Counted from the whole stretch's first letter, positions 34,685-48,851 are shown. The stretch: 61,540 bases of DNA, filler included, from Squatina squatina (GCA_031763465.1; 4 parts of 3 records of this genome joined end to end with filler, not necessarily neighbours in it), one strand, 5' to 3'. The notes: generated by a model from the sequence alone, not told the origin. Numbers and translations: made by a program.

Positions 34685-35072
34685 TCCCACTCCAGAGAAC
34701 TGAGCACCTAAACCAGGCTGACACGTCAGTGCAGCACTGAGGGAGCACTGCGCTGTCGGATGAAATATTGAACTGAGGCCCTGTCTGCCCGCTCAGGTGG
34801 ACATAAAAGATCCCATGCTACTGTTTCGATGAAGAGTAGGGGAGTTTTCCTCGGTGTCTTGGCCAATATTTATCCCTCAACCAACATCACCAACATTAGA
34901 TTATCTGGTCATTATCTCATTGCTGTTTGTGGGGCACTGCCGTGTGCAAATTGGCTGCTGCGTTTCCCACACTACAACAGTGACTACATTTCAAAAGCAC
35001 TCAATTGGCTGACAAGCGCTTTGGAATGTCCTGAGGTCATGAATGGCATTATATAAATGCAAGTTCTTTCTT
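34685..35072 (+). mobile_element. Deu-domain SINE (SacSINE1/AmnSINE1-like), 5'-truncated
   Basis: Deu core CTGAGGGAG...CAGGTGGACATAAAAGATCCCATG...GGCCAATATTTATCCCTCAACCAACATCAC and 3' tail TATATAAATGCAAGTTCTTTC. Related tail fragments at ~17840-18050(-), ~21810-21870(-) and ~27790-27910(+). Confidence 0.85.
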
Positions 35073-35314
35073 CCTTTCAATGTAGGTAAAGGTAGTAGCC
35101 ATTTTATATACATTAAGGTCAGATGTGCAGCAGTGAGAAGAATGGCCAATTAATCTCTTTTTTGATGGTATTTGCTAAGGGAGCAATTCTAGGCAGGACA
35201 TCAGGAGAATTCCTNNNNNNNNNNNNNNNNNNNNNNNNNNNNNNNNNNNNNNNNNNNNNNNNNNNNNNNNNNNNNNNNNNNNNNNNNNNNNNNNNNNNNN
35301 NNNNNNNNNNNNNN

Positions 35315-35942
35315 GATTTGGGCAGTCGCAGGGGCTGATTGGGGCACAAAAGGGGGCACAGATGGGGCCACGAAAGGACCGTAATCTGGGTCCAAAGTCA
35401 GACCGATGGCAGTTGCAGGGGCAGAGCGGAGGTCGATGGCAGGCCAATCGGGGGAAGTTGCGGGGGCAGAGCGGAGGCCGATGGGTGCCCATTGCAGGGG
35501 CCAAATCAGGTAAGGTTATTGTAGAGGATCTGGTGAAGAACCCTCAGGTGCCAGATCGCCCTTCAACAAGTTACCCTGCAGCCATTGGGAGTCAAAGCTC
35601 AGTCCCCGATGTGTTGCGCCTCCACCAAGATGGTGGCCTGAGCCATCAGATAAATGTAGCACCAACTTTTCCAGGCACTGCATTTAGGAGGACTCTTTAG
35701 GCGCTAAGTTTGGGGAATTTTACTACAGGGCGCTAACAAGGAGTTGCACGCACTGATGACATCATCGGAGGTGCCAAAACGATCTTGCCTGGCTGCTGAG
35801 GTGCTTAGCGCCAAAAGTTTTGGCCTCGCGAATTTCGCTGGAGGCATTAAACGGCAATTTAATGCCTTAAGATTGTTTAATGCCCCGTTAGCGCCTTAAG
35901 TAGGCGTTAAGTGAATTTTGCACTGTGCCGAATTTCAGGCCC
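35315..35942. mobile_element. GC/CpG-rich repeat, probably one end of a non-autonomous DNA transposon
   Basis: Internal direct repeat (gttgc.ggggcagagcggagg.cgatgg twice), repeated TTAGCGCC/GGCGCTAA motifs and an AATTTCAGGCCC terminus. The left end is lost in a gap. Confidence 0.5.
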
Positions 35943-38154
35943 TTGGTTCTCCAGTATTTCTGGTAACTCCTCGTTGATACACTGCGACTCCCATTTAAAG
36001 CAATTAAAATTGTTTCACCCCCATTGTGTTTTAAATAATACAATAGAAGTCACTAATATTGTAAAGCTGGTACTGTGTAATAATAATTTAAGTAAACAAT
36101 ACAAATATCTTACCCAGGGCTCTGGTTAATAACGCTGTCTCTCTGCTGTAATGAGCCAAGCACTACTAGCTGTTCCTGACATCTAATCCTATCCTTGGTG
36201 TATTGCATCATTCTGATGTAATGTCTAGCAAGGCAAATGTCTTGTCTATTGACCATTGTAGATTATTATCTATCTGACATTATTAGATGGAGCTGAATGT
36301 TCCAGTAAATTCAGAGATTACTTATTTCATTATATGTCAGTGCTGTCCTTTATTAGCCTCATTTCATGTATGGAGATATTATACCTGCAGGTCTAATATG
36401 ACATACAGCATAAGTCTATAATTTAAGTGAATCCTAATCCAGCCATTATGTACCTGTGATAGCCTGAAATATGTATTTTTTCTGTGTTTTTAATTAGTCC
36501 TAATAGTAATGCAATTGTTGAGTTTCAAATGGANNNNNNNNNNNNNGACTAACTATAAATGGTATTCAGTACTCAAAACAGTCAAAGGCAAACTTTATCC
36601 TGCTTCTGTTGGAACTGAGGTATCAAGAGGTCAAAATCTTAAGGAAAGTAAACATTCAGATTCCCTCCACATATGATAAATACTGTCTCTAAGTGGCTAA
36701 TGTTTATGTATTTCCCTGTCACTGTAAGAGCTATTTTGAAGCAAAAGTCTTGTAGAAAACATCCTGCTCTCTGAAATAAATCTTTAAACAACCAGACGGT
36801 GGTCTAAGCATTTCTGGTCTTTTCTCAAGAATCCTGTACTTCACATGCTGGATGACTTAACATATATTTCTGTGTATTAGTTAGGTCAGGAGTGCACGTC
36901 TAGTTAGTGATTAGACAGTAACCTGGGCCCATTGCTCAGCCAGTGTGGTTGGTACATGGTTCCTTCGTTTTGAAGCCATCCAATTCGTGGTTCTGATTCA
37001 TGCTAAGTCAGAGGAGATGAGTAAACGCTAATTCCTTGAGGTAAATTGTATCTATTGGGCTCACTTGCGCTCTCTCAGGGACAAGGGGATAGGATCACTC
37101 CATACAGTTGGTGTAGTCAGAAAAATCAGTGACTTCTGCTTTACGTTTCCAGAGGGTGAGGAAATACATATTGCCTCCAATGTGCCCTGAACTATTGACG
37201 GTGTCTCAGGTTAAGCAGAGCAGAAAGGAAAATGTGATCCTTCCCGATAGAGNNNNNNNNNNNNNNNNNNNNNNNNNNNNNNNNNNNNNNNNNNNNNNNN
37301 NNNNNNNNNNNNNNNNNNNNNNNNNNNNNNNNNNNNNNNNNNNNNNNNNNNNCAATTTGTCCTGACTGCTGGGGTGGGGAAAGCGGAATAAAAAGGTTAT
37401 AATGAGGTCCTGCCATTAAATTCAGCAGGACCTCCATGACCCCGGCATAGCCGGAACCCCCCCGCCACCACTACCATGCTCCTTCACACCCTCCCCACCT
37501 CCCCGTAAATATCGGGCCTAATGTTTCTGTCAAAAAGGCAGAGAAAAGAATTTCAGCTGATTGCATTGAGTGTTCGTATGTTAGTCCTTCATGGCATAAT
37601 TTCAAGGCCTAAGGGTCTTTTACTGGTAAATGTTTGTCATTATCAAGCTGAAGGGCGATTGTGCTAGGGAATGATAAAGATCCCCACTTCCGTCACCATC
37701 AGTCAGCATTAAGCATTTCTACATAAGGTAGTGCATGGGTTAATCACAGGCCAAAGCATCCTATACTTTACCCCAACAACATGCCTCAACCCACTCAGTG
37801 CTCAACTGCACCAGCAAGATTTTGCCATTTCTCACACCAGCATGCAATCCCCAAGTACAATTCGGTTTAATGCAACGCTGTCTGGGGGACAGCGGGCCAA
37901 GGTTCAATAGTGGAGATGTGAGAGGAACGATTATTCTGGGATTTTGCTTGATTAATGTGGGGATCAGGAAATATTCATCCAGACCCATTCCTTTAGAAGA
38001 TTCAATGATCTGGATAGAGCCCTTGATCAAGTAGATTGTATATGTTTTGTAGATGGAGTGGAGCTGATTTGCCATTTCTCATTCTGTATCTTATGTTCAA
38101 AAGCATATTATGATTTTTAAGCTTTGTGCCTGACATATAAAATCAAACACATGG

Positions 38155-38600
38155 CCATTGAATTTTACAGCACAGAAAGAGGCCATCCAGCTCACTGTGC
38201 CTGAGTTGGCTCTCTGCAAGAGCTATCCACATAGTGCCATTCCTCTGATCTTTCCCCAAAACTTTTTGCGTTTTTTTTTTCTTTTTCAAATATTTACCAA
38301 CTTCCCCCAACATCCACTTTGAATTTAAAAACTATTATGGATTCTGGTTTATCATTGTTTCTGGGCATTCGATGTCTTAATAACCCTTTACATAAAAATG
38401 CTTCTCCTAATCTCTGTCATTGGATCTTCAATTTATGCCCTCTAGTTACTGCTTTTCCCTATTTACCTTATCAAAACCTTTTATTAATTTTGAAAACTTC
38501 TGTCAGTTCTCGTCTTAATCTTCTTTGTTCTATTGAAAAGAGCCCGCTTCTCTAATCTCTTCTGATAACTAAAGCCTTTCATCCCTGGTGTCACCGTAGT
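38155..38600 (-). mobile_element. Old CR1 3' fragment
   Basis: Begins with the reverse-complement tail (ttacagcacagaaagaggccat) followed by a degenerate ORF2 C-terminus. Confidence 0.65.
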
Positions 38601-40757
38601 ATATCTTGCATTTGCCAAAGTTGTGGTCAAGGGAGACCATCATCGCCCATGTATAGTTTGGTATAATAATAAGAATACCCGTAAACATTAAAAAGCATTT
38701 GTGACATGTTAACTTGTTACGGTGCTTGAGGTGCAGTGAGCAACTTCTGATAGCTGAACATTTCCTGTTTGGAAATGTGCACATTGCACTCACTGAAACT
38801 TAAGCTGTTCGGTTTTCTCAACAACAACCTCAATCAAAACTCCCCAAGGCACAGTCTATGAATGAAGGCAAAAAAGATTTGTGTGCAAATGAAATGAACA
38901 ATACTTTTCTTTTCCCTGTTGATTGACAGCAGATGGGAGATTGAGAAAATAAAATGCTGTATTTAATTAATTTTTCTGCCTAGGTTGTTACTGTCACTAT
39001 GAGTTCCTGTTGTAAATCACATAAGTTTGTTTATCACTTCCTCATGGTCTGAAGTGATGAAGTAAAGAAGCAAAAGCCATTTGAGAGATAGTGCCTCAAA
39101 GACAAGTTCCCCTGAGGGGTTACTTCCTATTGTGTCATTGTCTGGAGCCATTGAGGAAAAAAATAACGACATGATGCAGGTTTTATGTTTCTTCAATAAG
39201 AAAGCTGTTATCTGCCAATTACCAATTTATCTCAAAACTGTGGAACTCTTTCCATCTTCCAGTCTTCTCTTTTTCCTACAATCTTCAGGCTTTTAAACGC
39301 TAATATTGGCCTAATTGCTACTTCCTGACGTACCTTATCCTTTTTACTTTTTTTTTTATAACCTTTGCTGTTGTCCAGCATTGTTCTTCCACCTTGGCTT
39401 CTCACTAGACTGAATGTCAGTGCTCATGGATTATTTGCAGCAGGATGAATCACTGTTACCTTATGATTTTGTTTTGACTTGTCAGCAGAGTTGATATGGA
39501 TAGCTGGTAGCGAGTTTCGTAATGTGAGAGAGCAAAGCCTGAGTGACTGATTTACAAATGTTTATGGGGTAGAGTTTCTGCTTTGGGCGCAATTGGGAAA
39601 TTGTGCTTGAAATTGCGTAAGTTTCCACTAAAATTCATTTCCATAACTACAAACATAACACCTTCCATGAACCAGCACAATCGGGCAGCGTAATAGAACG
39701 TATTTGTTCATATTTTTTTCTTTACATTAAAAATATTCTTTGATGTATTTAAGAGTGGCAACCTGGTGCGGTTTTATTAATACACCTGAAAATGGGTTTN
39801 NNNNNNNNNNNNNNNNNNNNNNNNNNNNNNNNNNNNNNNNNNNNNNNNNNNNNNNNNNNNNNNNNNNNNNNNNNNNNNNNNNNNNNNNNNNNNNNNNNNC
39901 AATTCTCCTGGTGCAACCTTCCAGAAAATCAAGCCCTAAAGCTCTTTTTCTACTGCAGCTGCAAATTGCCATTTGTACATGGTTGCAGCTGGTTTGCATT
40001 ACACTTGCCAGTGCTCAGCACTTCATTCAGCTTAGAATAAAACCTCTTAATCTTCTGGTGCCCATTTGAAACCAGCTGTGAATCATTGGCTCTGTTTCAC
40101 AAGGGCGTCCACATGGCTGGTTGCTGAAGGCGGCTGATGCCCCCTTTTACATTACAGAGCTGCTTCTGGTAGAGATGGCTAGATAATATATTGGGTTCCC
40201 AGTGCTTGGAATCTGCTCCATGTACAATGTTGGGCACACTCCACAGCACTGACAGCAAGGTAGAAACAAGTGAGCTAAATTTTACAGATATGGATCTCAC
40301 ATGTGCGATATTTGATATCAAGAACGTGACATTTATTTCTGGCTGCTGGACTTTTCCCCTGGTCCACATAGGGCAGAGATGCAGAAAACTGCAGAGCTAG
40401 TCTATACAAGCAAAGTTCCAGCAGTAACAGTCCCATTAAATATAACAGTAATATAATATAACAGTATAATAATAATAATACTGAATGGAGAAAGCGCAGT
40501 CAAAGAAGTATCATCATTGAAGGAGAGAAGAAAATGAAGAATAAATACATATCAGTTTGAGCTTGACACGTTTATGAGCTCTGTCGCTTTCTGTCAATGG
40601 GCGCCTAAGAGAGACAACACATTTTCGGCTTCACAATACTTCAGACTGAAACACGACTGCCCCCTACAGGTAATGAAGGGCATTTTCACAGCTTCCCGCG
40701 GGAAGCCGCGGCAAGTCGTGGGATCCCTTTTCTGAAAACGTGCGTTTTTAAAGGCCA

Positions 40758-41189
40758 GGGGCCTCATGTATCAACGCTGCATACGCACAAAAACTTTTTA
40801 CTAACAGTGAAATTAACGTGAGAATGTGCGTTCTTCCACGCCAACTTCATGTCTGGCGTACGTGTATTTCTTGTGCGTATTTGTTTTATTTCCGTTGGCG
40901 ACTCCTAGAGGCAATTATGTTAAATTGCACACTACAAAGTATCGCACCAACACATGTGAAAAACATTGCTATTAATTTATAATTGATAAAATGGGTAAAT
41001 TGACACAATATTTTTCTACCAATTATTTAATTTAGAACATATAACAGCATTTGCAAATGTATACAACCCTTAGTCTATGGCAATGGCAGTGTTGGACTTA
41101 TTAGAGGAGATTATCAATGGCCGAATCCGAAGGGAACGCGTTTTTAGGGATCACTGTGATTTTCTGGCCCACGATGATGACTGGATTAT
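40758..41189 (+). mobile_element. PIF/Harbinger DNA transposon 5' end with transposase N-terminus (ORF from 41077, runs into a gap)
   Basis: MAMAVLDLLEEIINGRIRRERVFRDHCDFLAHDDDWI matches the N-terminus of HARBI1-like Harbinger transposases. Putative terminus GGGGCCTCATGTATCAACG. Confidence 0.8.
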
Positions 41190-41289
41190 NNNNNNNNNNN
41201 NNNNNNNNNNNNNNNNNNNNNNNNNNNNNNNNNNNNNNNNNNNNNNNNNNNNNNNNNNNNNNNNNNNNNNNNNNNNNNNNNNNNNNNNN

Positions 41290-41722
41290 GTCATTCAGTT
41301 AGATCATGGCTAATCTGTAGCTCGACTCCATTTACCCACCTTTGTACCATATCCCGTGATAAAAAATTTCTATCAGTCTTGAAAATTTCAATTGACTTAC
41401 AATCCACAGCCTTTTGGGGGAGCAAATTCCAGATTTCCACTACCCTTTGTGCAAAAAAGTGCCTCCTGATTTCACTCCTAAATGGCCTAGCTCTAACTTT
41501 AATTATGCCCTCCTGGTCTAGATTCACCTACCAGAGGAAATAGCCTCTCTGTATCTACCCTATTGAATCCCTTAATCATTTTAAATACCTCCGTTAGATC
41601 ACCCTTCAACCTTCTAAACTCCAGGGAATACAAGCCAGGTTTATATACCCTGTCCTCATAATTTAACCCTTTAAGCCCAGTATCATGCTAGTGAATTTGC
41701 ATTGCAACCCTTCCAAGGACAA
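41290..41722 (-). mobile_element. CR1 3' fragment
   Basis: VRARPFRSEIRRHFFAQRVVEIWNLLPQKAV on the minus strand. Confidence 0.9.
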
Positions 41723-42009
41723 TATGGAGGAGAAATTGGGTTCCTTTGTGCCTCCCGTTAGTGTCTCCAGGGTGGCGGGGGGGACGCAGCGATAACAGGA
41801 CGCTAACAGCTGTACGAATGGGTGTGGCAAAAGTACCGATGCCCGTGAGCCTCCCTTGCAGGTTAGTGCAGTGCAGCGCCCCGCTACCGCCTTGGATCCT
41901 AAANNNNNNNNNNNNNNNNNNNNNNNNNNNNNNNNNNNNNNNNNNNNNNNNNNNNNNNNNNNNNNNNNNNNNNNNNNNNNNNNNNNNNNNNNNNNNNNNN
42001 NNNAATTGC

Positions 42010-42215
42010 TGTTCAGTGGGCCAGCAGATGGACCGTGAACCCATTACATCTATGAACAGCAGAATGGCTGACACTGTAGATATCCTCTGTGGTAACCTAA
42101 AAGGAGCCGGAAGCACAAAGATGAAAGCCATGGTCACATTGACTGCCATGAGGGCACCATTCCTGAGATGGAAGTTATCTGCAGGTCTCCTTGAAGCAGG
42201 TGATATAACTCTGTA
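42010..42215 (-). pseudogene. Degenerate Harbinger transposase fragment
   Basis: With one frameshift it reads MAVNVTMAFI/ASGSF*VTTEDIYSVSHSAVHRC, matching the HARBI1-like HTH segment (VKVTxALxFFASGSFQ...ISQSAVHRC). Confidence 0.7.
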
Positions 42216-44361
42216 ACTGCCTCTCTGCTGAACCTATGGAAGTTCTTTTCCTCCACCATTACCAGGGCCAATATGATATTGTTTGTGGGATATTAGTGGT
42301 TGTAGCCAGTCCACCTCTGTTACTATCTGAGATCCTTGGTGCCCCTTTTCTGTTCCTTTTCATCTTCCATTAAATCCATTGGGTGGGAAGCACTGAACGT
42401 AAAGCCCATAGTTTAGAAGTGTGAGACAGCAAAAGGTAATGAAAAGTGCATCTTTAAGAGAGCTACACCTGACATGCAAGGATGTGGCTTGTCTTTGACA
42501 ACCATTTGAAATGAGGGAAGTAAGTGGACTGTACATGTGGTGCATGAAAGCAGGAAAAATGACAGGCTCCACTTTTGACTGCCATTTATCAAGGGCTTTG
42601 CATAATCTTGAACATTCTGTGTGAGCAAGTGCATTGTCGACAAGGAACCAGGCCCAGGATTTTGCGTGCAGCACTGAGCAGACGGACAGTTTGCGAGTCG
42701 AGAGACTTGTGATTTTCCCATCGGCTCAAGTACTTATGTCAGCCAGAATTCCCAAGCTTTACTGTGCCAAGCTCAGAAATGATTGTGAAATACATGCTGT
42801 CACTTGAAAAGGGAATGTGAAATTCTACTGCATTACTACTGCAGGGAACTAGTTCATTTCAGACCCTTTGTGCAATATTTGGATGTTCTTTTCACTCTTG
42901 TGATTTTTGGACAGCTTGCTGTAGGCCTGCTGGGGCCCCTTATTGATTGAGCCCCATTAAATGTCAGCCTGCGAATGTGTATACTATTGCATTCCCAGGC
43001 CCGATCCACAATATGTCCAAGCACTGCAGTTCCATCCCCATGAGAGCAACAGGACCAAGCCACTCGGAGGATGATGCAGCATTCAACCCCTGCACCTGTC
43101 ACCAGACGCTGACTTTGTCACAGCAGCTTATCAGTGATGACTTCTGCAGGGAAGCACATTTTCATTGGCATGTCAAGAAAAGTAGTTATCATTTGCATGT
43201 TAAAATACAGGCCCTCAGTCCCCCCTCACCTCCCCCCCACCCCCACCCCAACTCCTATCTTAAAACATGCCTGTCCTCAAGCTGATAAATGAACAGTGTC
43301 ATNNNNNNNNNNNNNNNNNNNNNNNNNNNNNNNNNNNNNNNNNNNNNNNNNNNNNNNNNNNNNNNNNNNNNNNNNNNNNNNNNNNNNNNNNNNNNNNNNN
43401 NNCAAATGGTCCTAGACAATCTAAGGAGAATGCAAAGAGTCGCCCCAACCTGCATAAAACTGTGTCAGAAACTTTCAGTGCCCTGTGGGGAGTTTATGCA
43501 GATTTTAGTTTGAACATGTAAACTGCACAAAAGAATTTCTATTTGAAAAAAAACATGAAAGAGTGGGACTAAACGTATGATATGAATGTGCCCACTGCCT
43601 CACCTAGAAATGTCCTCAGGTCTCTCATTTAGCATACTGTTAAAAATTAACATTTACAAAAAGGTTGAAAAGATTTTTTCTTTTTTTTGAAGCATGAAAT
43701 TATGCATGCATTTTTTTTCTTTTTGTTTGCCCATGTGTCACTCTATGGACAACACATTCATAAGGCCAGTCATGCTCCAGGCCAGATTGGTGTAAAGTGT
43801 GGAACATTGCCTCTCCCCAGGCTTTATCTGCACCTGATCAAGCGGACATTTCTGCCTCTCCAGGCTCACCATGGAGAAAGGCAGTATTTCAGTGCATTGT
43901 TCGTCTTGGCCACTCATTAACCCTGTCAAGCTCAGAGCAGGGGATTCTGAACTGAATCTACTGATTGGCTGTCAGCACTGCAGTGAGCCCCATCCCCTCC
44001 CACCACTTCCCCAGCCCTGCTTCATTCAGTCTGTCAGCTAGACCTTACAAGACAACAGGCAGATGCACAAGGGGTGGGAGGGAGAGCACATGAAGGTGTA
44101 CACATTAACACAGGAAATTCCTCTTGAGGTGATGGCATCTTTTATCATGCAGTGACAAAGGCCAGAGCTTTTCATTAAAGTGGCCACACCATGCTTAGGC
44201 AGCTGAAATTCATTTCAGGTCTCAAACCATGTATTGCAAATTGTGGCTTGTTTTAGTACAAAAACTGTTGCAAGTTGTACTACGGGCTGCTTGTGCTTAG
44301 TCGACCTGTTGTTGGCACAAAGATTTATGCTTGTAATAACCACCCATCATTCCGATACGTC

Positions 44362-44433
44362 TAGAAACATAGAAACATAGAAAATAGGTGCAGGAGTAGG
44401 CCATTCGGCCCTTCGAGCCTGCACCGCCATTCA
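44362..44433 (-). mobile_element. CR1 3' tail (remainder in gap)
   Basis: (TAGAAACA)n then GGAGTAGGCCATTCGGCCCTTCGAGCCTGC. Confidence 0.85.
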
Positions 44434-46481
44434 NNNNNNNNNNNNNNNNNNNNNNNNNNNNNNNNNNNNNNNNNNNNNNNNNNNNNNNNNNNNNNNNNNN
44501 NNNNNNNNNNNNNNNNNNNNNNNNNNNNNNNNNCAATTTGTGCACAACAAGCTCCCACAATGTAACAATGACAGATAATCTATTTTATCTACCCATATTC
44601 CTAGATATAAAGCTTACTATTTTCCCATAATACAGAGTGACAAACATCAAAAGTAGAGAGTTTTTTGTTGCTTTGCCTTATGGGAATAAAACTGACATTA
44701 GCACCATGGCAACCTCACCACTGCTGGGCTCAAAGATAGCCCTCCCATAAAACTTTCTTGGTATTTTGTGAAAATGCCAAATGACTGAACCACTAAAAGC
44801 TACTGGTAGAGAGACCAGTGTAATGCCATAGCATGTGTGAAGCGAGGACAGTGTACATGTATGCAGTCCCATCGCCACCCACGGATACTGGTGAGAAGTC
44901 AGTGTAACTAATTCAATCTAAAAGAATCTGCTGGCACAGAATCGGAGCCTTGAGCTGGTTTTAAACTGGTAAGTTGCTGTAACAACAGCATTGCAGATCT
45001 AATACCGAGGTTTTCAAAGACGCCTGTGGAACAAGTAGGAGTGAGCTCCCCTGGACGAGATCTGCTGTCATGGAGGATGTGTATCTCTGACCCCTGTGTT
45101 GCTGGTATTGATGTTGTAGTGTTACATGCAGCATCTATACTGGCTCAAGTGTCATTATTTGTATCCATCGTTAAACAAGAACTTGGGGCAAAAAAATAAG
45201 CAATGGGGAATTATTTTATAGTTTAAGGCTTCAAATTATTAAAGGTTTAAATAAGTATGATGGTCCTCTTTTTAAAACATTGCCTTACGGGATGTTTTCT
45301 CCACCAAAAGATTTAGCACCACAGGATTAACAATACAATACATTAGCAGAGTAGCTTAAAGACATCACATTACTGACTTGTTAAATATTTTATGCAGCTG
45401 TATTGTTTTATGGTCTGTCAGAACACCAGGGCTCCTAGGTATACTGCTGCCAGATAGATTTAGCTGCAATAAATCCCACCTGGGCTGCCTGGCAGTCAGC
45501 GTTAAAACCCTCATTGTTAGAGTATGAACAGATGTGTTAATTCTAAACCACAGGGCTGGGGGTAAGAGCCATCTGGGCCTATCGTTGAGTGGTTGAGTAA
45601 TTGTACTTCAGCAGTCAGCGAGAACCAGGAGACGAATGGAAGGTTTTCCTAGCCTGGGCCCCCATGCACTCCCATTATTCTTACTTAGAATGAAAGCCTG
45701 GCCTCAGTAGCCTGCAGTCTGTAAATTAGGGCATAATCTTCCTTTCTTACGTCTTACCCTGCAATTTGTTATGCTTCGAAACATCCCAGTAATCCAGTAA
45801 TGTTATTTGTGTGATTCTTAGATCAATGTGTAGAGCAGTTGTATTTATTTTGTATTGAATTCTCGGTGTCTTTCAAGCTTGGCTTTCACTGTAAACAAAT
45901 TAGACTGTGTCAATTAAGCGTTTTTTAGGGCTGATTGCACTAACCAAGTGATAACACAAACCAAATGGCCCATTTCTGGGGTTCTGCAGCATTATTCTCA
46001 ATCATTCAGTCCTTCCCCATTCAAAAACTATCACAACAGCCAGCAGCACTCTGCAGATGGCATCGCAATAGACAGCAGCCCTTTCCACAGTTAGGTATCC
46101 AACTCCAAAAATGGTCGAGTTTCAGTGTAATGAGACTTTTACAAACACATGTGTCTCAGTGCCTCAGCATTTTGTTTTTAGTTTACTTCAAGCAAAAATA
46201 AATGTAGAAACTGAATGCGTGTGATATTGTCTGACAGTGAGAACATCCCTGTTTTCAACAGAACAAGATTTAATAAAGCCTTACAGGTCAAATATTTTGG
46301 AAAACTGACCTTCCAGCGGGTTATTTTTTAAATCTAATGTTAGTGTGCCAGATTTTTTAATTCGCTACCTGCCATTCCTGAAGACGCTGATTATTGATGG
46401 AGTAACATGGGTGCCAGAACCTATCCAATAACTGGCTGAAATAACCATTGTGTGGCTAGACACAAGTGCGAGGGGTTGGGA

Positions 46482-46593
46482 GGGGGTGAAATTCAACTTT
46501 CCCAATGGATAGGTAAATTGGGCAGGGTATATAAGGGGCAGCCCATTTGTGAACACCCATTCTGCGCCCCCGCCATAGTTAAATTTCACCCCC
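46482..46593. mobile_element. 112-bp MITE with 17-bp terminal inverted repeats
   Basis: GGGGGTGAAATTCAACT (46482-46498) versus AGTTAAATTTCACCCCC (46577-46593), 16/17 match. No clear TSD. Confidence 0.7.
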
Positions 46594-46637
46594 AATGAGT
46601 GATGGCAGGATCTTCAAACCTGAAGAACCGTAACAGC

Positions 46638-46845
46638 TGAACCCAATCCTGTCCTCACCAGACATCTCCTCATATTCACTTGCCAGCAGGTGTCGCTGGA
46701 TAGTGGTCAGGAGTGAGAACGCTGGTCGATCTTCCCCATACATAGGTCAGGGGTGCTGAGGTCAATTCTAACACCCCCAGCTGCCATTCCAGGCTGAGAC
46801 AAGTTAACTCAGCACAGATCAACAAGCAAACCTTGGGCCACCTCG
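46638..46845 (-). mobile_element. Old interspersed repeat, probably a tRNA-derived SINE (related to 20135-20335)
   Basis: Colinear similarity with the copy at 20135-20335. Confidence 0.45.
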
Positions 46846-48851
46846 TCAATAAGGGCCAGTGCTACCACAGAGTGTCTTTACCNNNNNNNNNNNNNNNNNN
46901 NNNNNNNNNNNNNNNNNNNNNNNNNNNNNNNNNNNNNNNNNNNNNNNNNNNNNNNNNNNNNNNNNNNNNNNNNNNNNNNNNNCCCCTTTGACCAAGCTTT
47001 TTGTTTGTCTGTCCTAGCATCTCCTTATGATGGTCGGTGTTAAATCTTGTTTGATAATCACTCCGGTGAAGCACCTTGGGACGTTTTACTACATTGAAGG
47101 CGCTATGTAAATACAAATTGTTGTAGTTGTCGTTATCTGTAACGGTTGCTGATATTTACACACAAATAAAAAACTCCTTTTTTTTCCTCGGGCCCGTTTT
47201 CTCCCCATGCCTGCTGTGAGTGTTTTGTAATGTCCCCTGTGTAAGTGCACCATTTATGTATGTTTATGTATATTTAAGTTGTGGATTCTGAGCATTCAAG
47301 GAACAATGACTAACACTGATGCTTTCCGATAGCAGCAACATGTATGTTAAAATGGAGTTAAGGTGCAGATCGATCATGATCTAATTGAAAGATGGAGCAC
47401 ATTCAAGGGGCTGAATAGCCTACTCCTGTTCCTAATGTTCCTATCTTCTTAAAGCTTGTATGGTATGGGTAAGAGGTGGGACAGCTGTCAATGGGAGCAG
47501 GGTAACAACCAACAAGACAAAAAACTCAAATATAGGTTTTACAAAATTTGTATATTTATAATATTTGTTATTTATTGTATTGCCTTTCCATTTGAATTTG
47601 TTATTAGATAGTAACAATTAACTTAATGAAAATAAATATTACAAGCCTTTGCTCTAATAAGAGCTGTGACTGAAAATAGGGAAGGAACAGGATGGTGGAG
47701 CACAAGCTGGCCTGTTCTTTTAATGAGTAACAGTACTAGGCAAGACAGTAAACCTTTTTAAAATCAATCTCTTATTCAGACCTAAAAAAGTTAAAGATTT
47801 AATAACAGAACAGGTACATGTATAAACAGCTGCAGAATCAGCTGTCTTGAGTGCTGCTTTGTAACCGTGCATTCACGGGGCAGTCTGCAATATTATTGAC
47901 TGATTTAGAAAACAGTTTGTGAATTTAATGCTTCAGGAGATTATACAAGACCTTTGATTGAAAAATCTTGTTGTAATTAGTGATAATCAAGGTTAGTTAA
48001 TCACTCTGTTTTAATGATCAGATCCCAAACTAATTACAGTGGACAGCATACACTGGCTGGAGTGCTGCATTTTGTGACCTAGTGCAGATATCATCAGCAT
48101 TTTCCCAAGGCAGGCGTTATTTTGAATCAAGGTAGTTCCAGTTCAGTAAGTAGAGAGGGTAGCTGAAGTTTGCAATCACTTTGAGACCCAAATGAAATTC
48201 TATGCAATAAATCTTCTCACATTGTGCTGACTGTCAATCCCCATGATTGTTGAGTTGCTGAAGTGATTGTTTCAATGAGTTAATCATTACATGGTTAACA
48301 TTTTGCCGAGGAATGAATACACAGCATTTAAAAGCACAGGCATCTGAAAAAAAAAGATTTTTTTTTATATTACCTTAGGTTATTCAGCTCCAAGTGTACT
48401 TACTCACAATATCTGTCCAAGGTTTACAAATTAGGAGCCAGAAGTCAAAAATATTTTAAACTAGTGCAGTGATATTTTTGATTGCAGTGCACAGCTTGTC
48501 AATGATACTATTGTATGTGTGCAAAATAAATGGCTCTTCCCAATGCAATGCTATCTTTCCCTGTCAAGTTTAGACAGCTGGCTTTAAAGAATTTTATTTA
48601 TTCGGTTTATATCTTCAGAACTTATAAGGTATACTTGTCCAGGGCAAATTTCATGTAGATAGGCAGCATTTTCGTATCACTATTAGCTTGTACGCATATG
48701 CAGACAAAAGCCAGTACCCAGACTCCTTACCTTCAGCACTGTTCCTGGGGTACTGTTTCCTATTGTTGCACCAAAGGGATTAAATCCCATTGCACACTGT
48801 GGGTACCAATTTTTAGACAGTCAGGAATTCCCAGTGGTATGCAATCCTCTG

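Noticed and set aside
41077-41189. Domesticated HARBI1 host gene
   Set aside because: It is preceded by a transposon-like terminus, sits among repeats, and its N-terminus fits mobile Harbinger transposases rather than the conserved host gene.
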